The notes below the pieces were generated by a model, which was given only the letters and a program-made list of their open reading frames with translations, was not told where the DNA came from and ran no database searches. Position numbers and translations under genes: made by a program. Below are positions 29,864 to 39,953 of a stretch of DNA of 64,000 nt, piece after piece (within the stretch, counting starts at the first letter, position 1; each line of letters starts with the position of its first letter). Source of the stretch: Candidatus Spongiisociaceae bacterium (GTDB lineage Bacteria > Actinomycetota > Acidimicrobiia > Spongiisociales > Spongiisociaceae); assembly GCA_965262915.1 (NCBI GenBank), contig OZ253564.1:3424001-3488000 (forward strand), given 5' to 3'.

Positions 29864-30715
29864 GTGAAACCCCCTCGGTTCAGGTACGCACGCCCGAACT
29901 CGGTGGACGAAGCTGTCTATCTGATCGCCACGGGTGATCCCCACGTCCAGTTGCTCGCGGGCGGGCAAAGCTTGATCCCACTCCTGAACTTCCGTCTCGC
30001 CCACCCTGCCCTGCTGGTCGATCTCAACTTCCTTGACCAGCTGACACGTATCACGGAGGACGACGGGTGGCTGGTCCTCGGATCGATGGTCCGGCTCAGA
30101 GCGGCCGAGACCTCCGAAGTCGTAGCGTCGGCCTGCCCGCTCCTGACCGCGGCTCTGCGTCACGTCGGGCACCTTCAGATCAGGAACCGTGGGACCATTG
30201 GGGGGAGCATCGCCCATGCCGATCCGGCTGCGGAGTTGCCTGCACTGGCCGTCGGTCTCGGCGGGCAAATCGTCGCGCAGAGCGTCCGCGGGCTTCGGGT
30301 GATAGAGGCGCCGGACTTCTTCTTGGATCCGTTCCTCACTTCCCTCGCGGATGACGAACTGATAGTCGAGGTCAGGCTTCCGAAGTTCCCAGGCGAGAGA
30401 ACAGCCTTCGCTGAGTTCTCACGCCGAGCCGGAGACTTCGCTCTTGCCGGAGTGGGAGTCTCGATCTCGTATGATCTCGGGTATGTCACCAAAGCTCGTC
30501 TGGGCGCGCTGGGTGTCGGTTCGACGCCGGTGAGGCTCAGGGAGGCAGAAGCAGCACTCCTCGATAGACCCCTGTCCGATGAGGTGATCAGGGACGCTTC
30601 TATCGTCGCCAGTCGCGAAGTGGAACCGCTTGAGGACATACATGGTGATAGCCAGTATCGAAGGGAGATACTTGCCGTACTCCTCTCACGTTCGCTTCAG
30701 GAGGTGGGGGCATGA
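29864..30715 (+). CDS. Xanthine dehydrogenase-family molybdenum hydroxylase, FAD-binding subunit
   Basis: AGGQSL, QIRNRGTIGGSIAHADPAAE, GDFA. Confidence 0.9.
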   Translation: MKPPRFRYARPNSVDEAVYLIATGDPHVQLLAGGQSLIPLLNFRLAHPALLVDLNFLDQLTRITEDDGWLVLGSMVRLRAAETSEVVASACPLLTAALRHVGHLQIRNRGTIGGSIAHADPAAELPALAVGLGGQIVAQSVRGLRVIEAPDFFLDPFLTSLADDELIVEVRLPKFPGERTAFAEFSRRAGDFALAGVGVSISYDLGYVTKARLGALGVGSTPVRLREAEAALLDRPLSDEVIRDASIVASREVEPLEDIHGDSQYRREILAVLLSRSLQEVGA

Positions 30716-31209
30716 CCTCCCAACCTGTTCACGAGGGGCTCCACGGGGTCGAAGAACTCGACATCACGTTGGTTGTGAACGGCGATGAGGTTTGTGCCAC
30801 TGTGCCGGTGCGAATGCTGCTATCCGATTTTCTTCGCGATGAGCTACGTCTACGAGGTGTCCGTATCGGATGCGAGCACGGAGTCTGTGGAGCTTGCACC
30901 GTTGTGTTGAATGGTGCGGCCGTCCGCTCATGTATTCTGCTGGCTGTACAATCGGACGGCGCCGCCATAACCACTATTGAAGGGCTGACACCGGAGACCG
31001 GTCTGGGTCTTCTCCAAGAAGCGTTCAGGGATCATGACGGCCTGCAGTGTGGATTCTGTACATCCGGTTTTATCGTCACCCTTTCATCCCTCGATCCGGA
31101 TGACTTTCCGGGTGATGACGGGATACGGGAAGCCATATCGGGCAACCTATGTCGATGTACCGGCTACCGAGGCATAGTTGACGCCGTTCGGTCTGCTTGG
31201 GGGAGGTAG
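30712..31209 (+). CDS. Xanthine dehydrogenase-family molybdenum hydroxylase, [2Fe-2S] subunit
   Basis: GCEHGVCGAC, QCGFC, GNLCRCTGY. Confidence 0.95.
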   Translation: MTSQPVHEGLHGVEELDITLVVNGDEVCATVPVRMLLSDFLRDELRLRGVRIGCEHGVCGACTVVLNGAAVRSCILLAVQSDGAAITTIEGLTPETGLGLLQEAFRDHDGLQCGFCTSGFIVTLSSLDPDDFPGDDGIREAISGNLCRCTGYRGIVDAVRSAWGR

Positions 31210-31307
31210 GCACCTCCTCACCCCTCCGCCGGCCTGCGTGATAAGCTCCAGCCGGTATCGGCCACCGGTCCATCCGGCACATGGGGTCGATTCAAGAGGG
31301 AGGAATC

Positions 31308-32468
31308 ATGCGAAAGCGTCGCATCTGGCAACTGCTCACCCTATTCGCGAGCTTCATGCTCGTGGCGGCGGCCTGTGGCGATGACGGTGAAGCCGGAACT
31401 ACCACCGCCGCGCCCACGACCGCGGCCCCCACCACGACGGCTGCCCCTACGACTACGGAGGCCTCGGAGCCGCTCAAAGTCGCCTTCATACTGCTGGGAA
31501 GCCCATCCGATGGCGGGTGGAATCTAGGTCACGACCTCGGCAGGCAGGCAGTAGAAGCAGCCTTCGGTGACCGGGTCGAGACGACGGTGAAGGAGAGCGT
31601 CCCCGAGTCTCCCCAGGTCGTTCAGGTCATCGACGATCTGGTTGCCGATGGCTACAACATGATCTTCGGAACATCGTTCGGCTACATGGACTTCATGCTC
31701 GAGGCCGCCGAGAAGTATCCAGACGTCATCTTCGAGCATGCTACGGGGTACAAGACGGCGCCGAACATGGCCAACTACACGGGAGCCCAGGAAGACGCGA
31801 AGTACCTGGCGGGTATGGCAGCGGGCGCCGCATCCGAGACCGGCAAGCTCGGCTACGTGGCCCCATTCCCGATTCCCTTGATAATCAAGGCCGTCAATGC
31901 GTGGGCCCTCGGAGCTCAGGCTGTGAATCCGGACACCACGGTCGAGGTCGTATGGCTCAACTCCTGGTTCGATCCCGCGGCGGAGCGTCAGGCGGCCGAG
32001 AGCTTGATCGCTGACGGAGCCGAGGTGGTGGGTCACAGCCAGGACACGCCGTCGGTATGCCAGGCAGCCGAAGCAGCCGGCTTGTTCTGCACGGGCAACA
32101 CGATCGATCAGGGTGAATTCACACCCGGGGCATGGCTGACAGGGGACGTGATCAACTGGGGCACCTACTACGTCCTCAGAGTCGGCGAGGTTCTCGACGG
32201 GACCTGGGAGACCGGTGCGTTCTACGGGACGATGGCTGATGGCGTCATGGAAATAGCTCCGTTCGGTGAAGCTGTGGCTGAGGACACCCGAGCGCTGATC
32301 AGCGACGCCCGCGACCGTATCGAGGCTCAAAGCTTCGCCTACTTCACCGGCCCCATACGCGACCAGGCGGGTGAGCTACGCGTTCCTGACGGCACAGCGA
32401 TGTCGTTCGATGAGATCGTCACGATGGATTGGTTCGTTGAAGGAATCCTCGGTAGCCCGACAGGGTGA
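31308..32468 (+). CDS. BMP-family (purine/nucleoside) ABC transporter substrate-binding lipoprotein
   Basis: Lipobox AAACG, DGGWN, GTSFGY, SWFDP, QD. Confidence 0.9.
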   Translation: MRKRRIWQLLTLFASFMLVAAACGDDGEAGTTTAAPTTAAPTTTAAPTTTEASEPLKVAFILLGSPSDGGWNLGHDLGRQAVEAAFGDRVETTVKESVPESPQVVQVIDDLVADGYNMIFGTSFGYMDFMLEAAEKYPDVIFEHATGYKTAPNMANYTGAQEDAKYLAGMAAGAASETGKLGYVAPFPIPLIIKAVNAWALGAQAVNPDTTVEVVWLNSWFDPAAERQAAESLIADGAEVVGHSQDTPSVCQAAEAAGLFCTGNTIDQGEFTPGAWLTGDVINWGTYYVLRVGEVLDGTWETGAFYGTMADGVMEIAPFGEAVAEDTRALISDARDRIEAQSFAYFTGPIRDQAGELRVPDGTAMSFDEIVTMDWFVEGILGSPTG

Positions 32469-32556
32469 TCGAGCAGGTTTCCGGACGCCGCCCACGGGTC
32501 AGGACGATCAAAAGACCGAGCAACCATCGTGGTTGACACGCGAGCAATGAACTCAC

Positions 32557-34086
32557 GTGGCTGCCGATAGCCTTGCGCTGCAACTAGAGGGCATAACCAA
32601 GCGTTTCCCACGAGTGGTTGCGAACGACCGGATCGACTTTGATCTCCGCCGTGGAGAGGTTCATGCCCTTCTGGGCCAGAACGGCGCCGGCAAGTCGACC
32701 CTGGCCCACATCATCAGCGGTCTCTACCGGCCCGACCAGGGTGTGATCCGCGTATTCGGGCAACAGGTCAATATGAAATCGCCCCGCGAGGCGCTCGACA
32801 CAGGCATCGGCATGGTGCACCAGCACTTCAGGCTGGTCCCGTCGCTTACGGTCGCGCAGAACATCGTGCTGGGCCAGGAGAAGCCCGGGAGGTTCTTCAA
32901 ACTCACGGAGCGTGACCTCCGGTCACGCGTCGCGACCGTGGCTGCCGAATACAACCTGCCGGTCGATCCCGATGCTCGAGTCTGGCAGCTGTCCGTCGGA
33001 GAGCAGCAGCGTGTCGAGCTGTTGAAGGCCCTCTACCGAGAGGCACGAATCCTGATTCTCGACGAGCCCACTGCAGTGTTGACCCCGCAGGAGGCGGACT
33101 CGCTCTTCGACACGGTTCGCGAGATGGTGGGTCGAGGGCGATCGGTCATCCTGATCTCGCACAAACTCGACGAGGTCCTCGCGGTGGCCGATCGCATCAC
33201 GGTGCTTCGTGACGGCAAGAAGGTCGGGACTTCGAGCAGGCGAGACGTCTCTGCTCGTTCGCTCGCACGGATGATGGTCGGCCGAGACGTTTCCCTGTCG
33301 CGCAGGCGGCGCGATGTGTCGTCAGGGGCGAGCGCCGTTCCCGTGATCGAACTATCCGGCGTGATGGCAGACGGGGATCGCGGTGGTCCGGTGCTCCATG
33401 ACGTCTCGCTCGACGTACGCGCGGGCGAGATACTCGGCATAGCCGGGGTGGCCGGCAACGGACAGCGAGAGCTTGCCGAGGTCGTGGCCGGACTCCGAAG
33501 ACCGTCGACAGGCAGGATCCGCATTCGTGGACGTCACTATGTGTCGCATACGCCCCAGGAAGCCATCGGGCTGGGGGTCGGCTATGTACCGGACGACCGT
33601 CTCGGAACCGGGCTCGCGCCCAATATCACAGTCGCCGAGAACCTCGTATTGAAATCATTCTCCGGGGAACCCTTTTCCTGGGGGCCATTCTTGAGGCACG
33701 ATCGTATCGGTTCCCACGGGCGAACCCTGATAGACCAGTACGACATCAGAGGCGCCGCCCACACCGCCGCGGTTCGTTCGCTATCCGGCGGGAACGTACA
33801 GAAGGTCCTGCTCGCACGGGAGATCGCGAGCCGGCCAGCGGCCCTGGTGGCTGTGTCTCCAACGCGCGGCCTCGATATCGTGGCGGCGGAATACGTTCGG
33901 CAACTGATCGCCGAGTTGGCCTCCTCCGGTGCGGCGATCCTCCTGATCAGTGAGGATCTGGATGAGGTCCTGACCCTCTCCGACCGGGTCGGCGTTCTGT
34001 ACGAAGGGCGAATCGTGGGGATGAAGGACTCGGCCTCTGCAAGAGTCGAGGACATCGGCTTGCTCATGGCGGGAGCATCCGAATGA
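32557..34086 (+). CDS. Nucleoside/sugar ABC transporter ATP-binding protein (two ATPase domains)
   Basis: GQNGAGKST, LSVGEQQR, LDEPT, LSGGNVQK. Confidence 0.95.
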   Translation: MAADSLALQLEGITKRFPRVVANDRIDFDLRRGEVHALLGQNGAGKSTLAHIISGLYRPDQGVIRVFGQQVNMKSPREALDTGIGMVHQHFRLVPSLTVAQNIVLGQEKPGRFFKLTERDLRSRVATVAAEYNLPVDPDARVWQLSVGEQQRVELLKALYREARILILDEPTAVLTPQEADSLFDTVREMVGRGRSVILISHKLDEVLAVADRITVLRDGKKVGTSSRRDVSARSLARMMVGRDVSLSRRRRDVSSGASAVPVIELSGVMADGDRGGPVLHDVSLDVRAGEILGIAGVAGNGQRELAEVVAGLRRPSTGRIRIRGRHYVSHTPQEAIGLGVGYVPDDRLGTGLAPNITVAENLVLKSFSGEPFSWGPFLRHDRIGSHGRTLIDQYDIRGAAHTAAVRSLSGGNVQKVLLAREIASRPAALVAVSPTRGLDIVAAEYVRQLIAELASSGAAILLISEDLDEVLTLSDRVGVLYEGRIVGMKDSASARVEDIGLLMAGASE

Positions 34087-35411
34087 GGTTCAAGAGACGG
34101 CTCGACACCCCGTGGTGGTTGACGATCACGGTCCCGATCGGATCGGTGCTGGCCGCGTTGGTGGTTGGGGCAGGCGTTCTTCTCATAACCGGTCACAATC
34201 CGGTCGACACCTACACCCGATTGTTCGAGCGAGGCTTTCTGTCCGAAGCTGCGTTATCGGCCACCATCCGCTCCGCAACGCCGTTGGTCTTCACCGGTCT
34301 GGCGGCTGCTGCTGCGTTCCGGATGGGGCTCTGGAACATCGGCGGCGAGGGGCAACTCTACATGGGGGCCGTCGGTGCCTCGGGGATCGGTCTCGCACTT
34401 GCCGGTGCTCCCGCCCTCGTCGTGATTCCGGCGATGGTGGTAGCGGGTGCGGGGTTCGGTTTCCTGTGGGCTCTCGTGCCGGGTGTGCTGCGGGCACGGT
34501 TCAACACCAACGAGATAATCACCAGCCTGATGCTGAACTACGTCGCGTCCCTTGTACTTGCCTACTTGATCCTCGACAGCATGTCGCCCTGGCGGGACCA
34601 ATCCCCTGGAACGACCTTTCCTCTGGGAGCGAGGCTCCCCGAAGCTGCGTCCTGGCCCCGGCTCCTCACGGAGTTGTCGGTCCTGGGAGCTGCTCTGGTC
34701 TCGTTGGGAATAGTTGTCGGCGTGATTGCCTGGATGAGGCGTCGCGCTCGCAGCGCCACGGTAAGGAAGAACGTCCTCATCATCTCGGCAAGCGCAGTCG
34801 CGGCTCTGCTGATCGGAGGATCCTTGACCAATGGTCTTGCGACCATCGTTCCGCTCGGAATGGTGCTGGGCGTCGGGGGTGCGATTGCGGTCTGGGTGCT
34901 CTACCGCGAGACCGGATTCGGTTTTGAAGTCCGCGTAATCAGCGATTCACCCGCCGCTGCTCGCTATTCCGGGATGAATACTGGACGCAAGATCGTAGTT
35001 GTGATGATGCTCTCCGGGGCACTGGCAGGGTTGGGCGGCGCCAGCCAGGTGGGCGACTTCGCCCATCTGCTCGACCCGTACGGTCTCCCGCAGAGCGTCT
35101 ACGGATACACGGGAATCGTCGTGGCGGCTCTGGCTGCCAACAATCCGTTGGGCGTAGTGCTGTCCGCCTTCCTTCTCGGAGGACTCACCAATGCCGGCTT
35201 CAGCCTCCGAGGGCTCGACTTCCCGCTGGGACTCGTCGGGATCTTGCAGGGTCTGATCCTCTTCTTCGCCATCGGTGGCACCGTTCTGATCCGGTACCGC
35301 GTGCGGTTCCGGACGCGAACCCTCGCGAGTGACGGTGAGCCTCACGCTCGGTACGAACCTGGGGAACCCCCGCTTGCGGGCGCCGGAGGCGGAATCGACG
35401 GCGGACAGTGA
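34083..35411 (+). CDS. Nucleoside ABC transporter permease
   Basis: WNIGGEGQ, NEIITSLMLNY, YGYTGIVVA. Confidence 0.9.
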   Translation: MRFKRRLDTPWWLTITVPIGSVLAALVVGAGVLLITGHNPVDTYTRLFERGFLSEAALSATIRSATPLVFTGLAAAAAFRMGLWNIGGEGQLYMGAVGASGIGLALAGAPALVVIPAMVVAGAGFGFLWALVPGVLRARFNTNEIITSLMLNYVASLVLAYLILDSMSPWRDQSPGTTFPLGARLPEAASWPRLLTELSVLGAALVSLGIVVGVIAWMRRRARSATVRKNVLIISASAVAALLIGGSLTNGLATIVPLGMVLGVGGAIAVWVLYRETGFGFEVRVISDSPAAARYSGMNTGRKIVVVMMLSGALAGLGGASQVGDFAHLLDPYGLPQSVYGYTGIVVAALAANNPLGVVLSAFLLGGLTNAGFSLRGLDFPLGLVGILQGLILFFAIGGTVLIRYRVRFRTRTLASDGEPHARYEPGEPPLAGAGGGIDGGQ

Positions 35412-36364
35412 ACGACAATCTCGTCGTCGTCCTTCTGGCGTCGGCCGTGTTCTACGGCACGCCGCTCCTGTACGCCGCTCTCGGGGAGATCCTCACTGAG
35501 CGGTCAGGCGTGCTGAACCTCGGCCTCGAGGGGATGATGCTGATGGGGGCGGTCATGGGTTTCTGGACGGTCCAGTATGTGGATGGACCGGGGTGGCTGG
35601 TTCTCACCGGTGCCGTCCTGGTGGCAGCCGTTGCGGGGGCCGGAACCGCTCTCATCCACGCCGTGCTCGCGATCACCTTCCACGCCAACCAGATCGTTTC
35701 CGGGATAGCTCTGACCATCTTTGCCGGAGTGATCGGCTTGTCGGCCTACGTCGGAACGAGGGCGGGCGTGGGAGGCACGCCCTTGGCACACCACTTCCGT
35801 TCCTTGAACCTTTTCGGCCTGAAGGAGTTTCCTATCCTGGGCCCGATCGTTTTCGACCAACACGCTCTGGTATATCTGTCATGGGCGCTCGTCCTGGTCT
35901 GCACGTGGTACATGTACCGCACGAGTATTGGCCTGAGATTACGATCGGTGGGGGACGCTCCCGAAACCGCGGATGCCGCAGGAATCAATGTGGTCAGATA
36001 CCGCTACGTGCACACGCTCGTCGGCGGCGCGCTTGCAGGCATAGGAGGATCGGTGTTCAGCCTCGCCATAGCACTCAACTGGCTGGATGGGATGACTGCA
36101 GGCGCCGGATGGATAGCGATCGCGTTGGTCATATTCGGTTTCTGGCGACCCATTCCCGTCATGGTCGGCGCATACTTCTTCGGCGGACTCTCCGGTCTCG
36201 GCTTCGCCCTCCAGACGCGCCAGGTACGTCTCCCACCGGAACTGTTCGCCTCGCTGCCCTACGTGATGACGATCATCGTGCTCACCGTCGTGTCCTCAGG
36301 ATGGGCACGACACCGTTCCACCGCGCCGGCCGCCCTGGGTACCCCTTACCTGCGGGAAAGTTGA
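35408..36364 (+). CDS. Nucleoside ABC transporter permease
   Basis: ERSGVLNLGLEG, GWIAIALVIF, PAALG. Confidence 0.9.
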   Translation: MNDNLVVVLLASAVFYGTPLLYAALGEILTERSGVLNLGLEGMMLMGAVMGFWTVQYVDGPGWLVLTGAVLVAAVAGAGTALIHAVLAITFHANQIVSGIALTIFAGVIGLSAYVGTRAGVGGTPLAHHFRSLNLFGLKEFPILGPIVFDQHALVYLSWALVLVCTWYMYRTSIGLRLRSVGDAPETADAAGINVVRYRYVHTLVGGALAGIGGSVFSLAIALNWLDGMTAGAGWIAIALVIFGFWRPIPVMVGAYFFGGLSGLGFALQTRQVRLPPELFASLPYVMTIIVLTVVSSGWARHRSTAPAALGTPYLRES

Positions 36365-36433
36365 GCAGGCCGACCGACCAACCCGGCGGTCGAGGGTAGG
36401 TGGAACACAAGACCACCGGGATACCGGCTGCCG

Positions 36434-37186
36434 TCAGGCAAGAGCGCCCGAGTATTCTCTGAGCGATCTGGATACAGTTGCGGCGTCCGTTTCGGCACCG
36501 AAGAGGCCTCCCTGATACCTCACGAGCCCCAAGAGGTTCTCTGTTACCTCGGGGTTGACACCGGCAACCCCGTCAGAGATCATCAGGCAGTCGTACCCTT
36601 GGTCAACGGCATCGTATAAGGTCGCGGCAACGCACACATTCGAAGTGATCCCGGTGATGATCAGCGATCGGATGTCCCGCGCCTCGATCCATCTGCGGAA
36701 CGGCTCGTTTCCGAACGTGCTGTAGGTCGTCTTGTTGAAGACCGGTTCGCCGGGGAGAGGCGTAAGTTCTTCGATGATCCCCGCTCCGGGCTCGCCATGA
36801 ATCATTCCCCTGCCGAACCGGTTCGGCTTGCCATACGGGGTACCGAAGCGTATCGCTTGTTCCCGCTTGAAGTCCGGAAGATCCGACAGGTCGGGAGAGA
36901 AGGAGTTCGTGAAGTGCACCACGTTGATTCCCGGGACACTGCGCGCCGCGTCAAGAAGCTCGCGGAGCCCCGGCACGATCGCTCGAATCAGAGAGAGGTC
37001 GAAACCCATATCCGTGAACCATCCGCCGTCGAGTACGCCATCCACCTCCATATCGATTACGAGAAGGGCCACTTCCGAAGGCGTCGCCGGGCCTAGCAAC
37101 GGCCACTCGTGCGGAAAGGAAGGAATGGTGAGCGTTGCTTCAGCCCTTCGGCGATCTGATATGTCGGAATTCGATGGCTCTGACAT
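36434..37186 (-). CDS. Isochorismatase-family cysteine hydrolase, biuret-hydrolase-like
   Basis: Triad IDM / NK / GITSNVC; P..WP, MGFDLS, PDLSDLP and QGGLFG resemble BiuH. Confidence 0.8.
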   Translation of the reverse strand: MSEPSNSDISDRRRAEATLTIPSFPHEWPLLGPATPSEVALLVIDMEVDGVLDGGWFTDMGFDLSLIRAIVPGLRELLDAARSVPGINVVHFTNSFSPDLSDLPDFKREQAIRFGTPYGKPNRFGRGMIHGEPGAGIIEELTPLPGEPVFNKTTYSTFGNEPFRRWIEARDIRSLIITGITSNVCVAATLYDAVDQGYDCLMISDGVAGVNPEVTENLLGLVRYQGGLFGAETDAATVSRSLREYSGALA

Positions 37187-37337
37187 GGTGAACTGACCTC
37201 CCGGCGGGTCTTGCTAGCGAACGACTTAACCGTCAGTACCGATCGAGTGAGACTACCAGCCGCCCCTCGTCCGTGAAGATCTAGGCACAACCGTGGTTGG
37301 CCGTAGGGTAGGCTGGTGGGTCTTGTGAAGAGGAGCG

Positions 37338-39743
37338 ATGAGCCGCCAGCCGGCCTTGCCTGAGCGGCCCCTCCATGTGGGGGCCAATGTAAGCCGTGTG
37401 GAAGACGAACGGCTCCTCCGCGGAAGGGCTCGATACGTTGCCGACATCGAGGTCCCGAACATGGCTGAGGTGGCGATCGTAAGAAGCCCTGTTGCCCACG
37501 CCGAGCTGGGGAGCGTCGACCTGGGGCCTGCAACCCGGATGCCTGGGGCTATTGCTGCTTTCGCGGCCTCTGATATGAACGACGTTCATCCGTTCCCCGA
37601 CACCAACCCCATGGTACGCCCGGTAGGCCTCTTTCCACTTGCCAGGGAACGCGTGCGTTATGTGGGTGCCCCCGTCGCCGTTGTAGTAGCCGAGGACCGT
37701 TACCTAGCCGAGGACGCAGCTGCTGCGGTCTGGGTGGACTACGAACCGTTGCCCGCTGTCATGTCCGTTGAGGCAAGTATCGGCGGTCCGCAACGGTTGT
37801 ATGACGAATGGCCGGACAACAAGATCCTCGATCTCCAACTCACCGATCCCGAAATCGACGCGATCTTCCGGAAACATCATGTAGTCCAGGAGACGTACAG
37901 GACTCACCGTCACACCGGCGTGCCGCTGGAGACACGCGGCTGCCTCGCACAGTTTGACGGCGGCCGCGTCACCCTATGGTCCTCTACCCAGAGTCCGCAT
38001 TACGTCCGAACGATCCTGGCGCGGATGCTTGGTCTCCCCGAAAGCCGCATTCGTGTGATTGCACCCGACATGGGAGGAGGCTTCGGGATCAAGAGCCACA
38101 TGTATCCCGAGGAAGTCCTCGTTCCTTGGTTGGCGATCAAGCTGGGTCGACCGATGAGGTGGATTGAAGATAGGGTGGAGCACTTCACGGCTTCTAATCA
38201 CGCTCGCGAACAGACCATCAATATCGAAGCCGCATTTACCGACGAGGGGCGGATTCTCGCCGTTCGTGCTCACATCATCGGCGATGTCGGATCGGGTGAG
38301 ATCTGGTTCCCGGGGACCGGACCGAGCGTTGTAGCTGCGGGGATGATCACGGGACCTTACCGGATCGGCCGAACATTGGCGTCCATCACATGCGTTGTCA
38401 CCAACAAGACGCCGGCAGGCGCATACCGAGGTTATGGACAGCCGGAAGGCGTGTTCGCCCTCGAGAGCCTCATCGACAAGGCGGCCTCCGAGCTTGGACT
38501 TGATCCGGTGGGTATCCGGCGGACCAACCTCCTCCAACAGGATGATCTGCCCTTCACGACATTCAGTGGGTACGTCCTCGACTCCGGGAGCTTTCGGGAA
38601 GCCTATGACATGACCGTGGAGACTGCTCGCCAGGCATACGCACCTGCCGCAGAAGAGTATCGAGATGACGATGGGGTACGGATCGGTCTGGGTTTCGCAA
38701 CCTACTGGGAGGGCACTTCACCGAGCGGTTTCCTCAACACCGGGCTGTGGGGAGCTCACGATTCCGCCTCGGTGCGCGTCGAGCCGGACGGGGGCGTCGT
38801 CGTGAGCGTCGGGGTTACCACAACTGGACAAGGTGTAGAGACGATGGTTGCGACTCTGGCCGCCGATATCCTGCGCATTCCGCTCGATAGCGTCCGGGTG
38901 GAAATGGGTGACACGGATACATGCCCCCACGGTCAAGGCGGTTGGGGTAGCCGCAGCACGGTGATGGGGGGCGGCGCCGTGGTGATGGCAGCCGGGCGGA
39001 TCCGGGACAAGATGATGCGGATTGCTGCCCACGCGTTGGAGGCCGACGTGGGCGACATCGTCACATCGGAAGGTCGCTTCGAGGTCCGAGGGACACGGGT
39101 AGGAATCTCGTTCGCTGAAGTGGCCGGAATCGCCACGGTGAGTAGCTTTCGCCTTCCCGACAACCTGGAGGCCGGTCTCGACGCTACCGCCGTATACACG
39201 GCCAACGTGGATCATTGGCCCAATGAACTGGGCCGTATCAACCCATGCCCGACGTACTCGAACGCCTCGCATGCCGCGATCGTGAAAGTGGAACTTGCAA
39301 CGGGTGCAGTGACAGTTCTTAAGTACATATCGACTCACGACTGCGGCCCGGTGATCAATCCTCGTATCGTCAAAGGACAGGTCGAGGGAGGGATCGCGCA
39401 GGGTATCGGAGGGGCCCTTCTCGAGAACCTCGTCTATAGCGATGACGGGCAGCTCCTGTCCGCCAGTTTCATGGATTACCTGATTCCCACCGCAAATGAG
39501 ATTCCCGACATGGTCGTGCAACATCTCGAGTCGCCCAGCCCCAACACACCGATGGGCGTTAAGGGTGTTGGTGAGGGTGGAGTCATCGGCGTCTCCGCGG
39601 CTGTTGCGAACGCAGTACGGGATGCTCTTGCAGAGTTCGGCGTGGAGATCACCGAACTACCGCTGTCGCCTCCTATCGTTCGAAAACTGATTCGAGGGAA
39701 GTCGGCCGACACACTGGCACCAAAGCAGTCCACTAACCATTGA
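37338..39743 (+). CDS. Xanthine dehydrogenase-family molybdopterin-binding subunit
   Basis: RVEDERLLRG, STQSPH, GGGFG, AYRGYG, GQG, GSRS, KGVGEGG. Confidence 0.95.
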   Translation: MSRQPALPERPLHVGANVSRVEDERLLRGRARYVADIEVPNMAEVAIVRSPVAHAELGSVDLGPATRMPGAIAAFAASDMNDVHPFPDTNPMVRPVGLFPLARERVRYVGAPVAVVVAEDRYLAEDAAAAVWVDYEPLPAVMSVEASIGGPQRLYDEWPDNKILDLQLTDPEIDAIFRKHHVVQETYRTHRHTGVPLETRGCLAQFDGGRVTLWSSTQSPHYVRTILARMLGLPESRIRVIAPDMGGGFGIKSHMYPEEVLVPWLAIKLGRPMRWIEDRVEHFTASNHAREQTINIEAAFTDEGRILAVRAHIIGDVGSGEIWFPGTGPSVVAAGMITGPYRIGRTLASITCVVTNKTPAGAYRGYGQPEGVFALESLIDKAASELGLDPVGIRRTNLLQQDDLPFTTFSGYVLDSGSFREAYDMTVETARQAYAPAAEEYRDDDGVRIGLGFATYWEGTSPSGFLNTGLWGAHDSASVRVEPDGGVVVSVGVTTTGQGVETMVATLAADILRIPLDSVRVEMGDTDTCPHGQGGWGSRSTVMGGGAVVMAAGRIRDKMMRIAAHALEADVGDIVTSEGRFEVRGTRVGISFAEVAGIATVSSFRLPDNLEAGLDATAVYTANVDHWPNELGRINPCPTYSNASHAAIVKVELATGAVTVLKYISTHDCGPVINPRIVKGQVEGGIAQGIGGALLENLVYSDDGQLLSASFMDYLIPTANEIPDMVVQHLESPSPNTPMGVKGVGEGGVIGVSAAVANAVRDALAEFGVEITELPLSPPIVRKLIRGKSADTLAPKQSTNH

Positions 39744-39953
39744 CGCGACCACTACATGCCTATCGACTGCGGAGCCAGGCGGGACGGTATGGCTGATTAC
39801 CAAGCGCCGCGGTGATCGATACCGATCAGACACCGACGCTCGGACACGTTGGCCGCGGTCCTGAGCGCTGCCGATCGGTCCTCCCGACCCGCATGGCGCC
39901 GGGCAGCAACCGTTTAGGGGGCCCTCCATGTCGAGCAGCTCCACCACACGCAC

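Noticed and set aside
37338-39743. Aerobic CO dehydrogenase (coxL form I)
   Set aside because: The active-site loop is AYRGYG, not AYxCSFR, and there are no cox accessory genes
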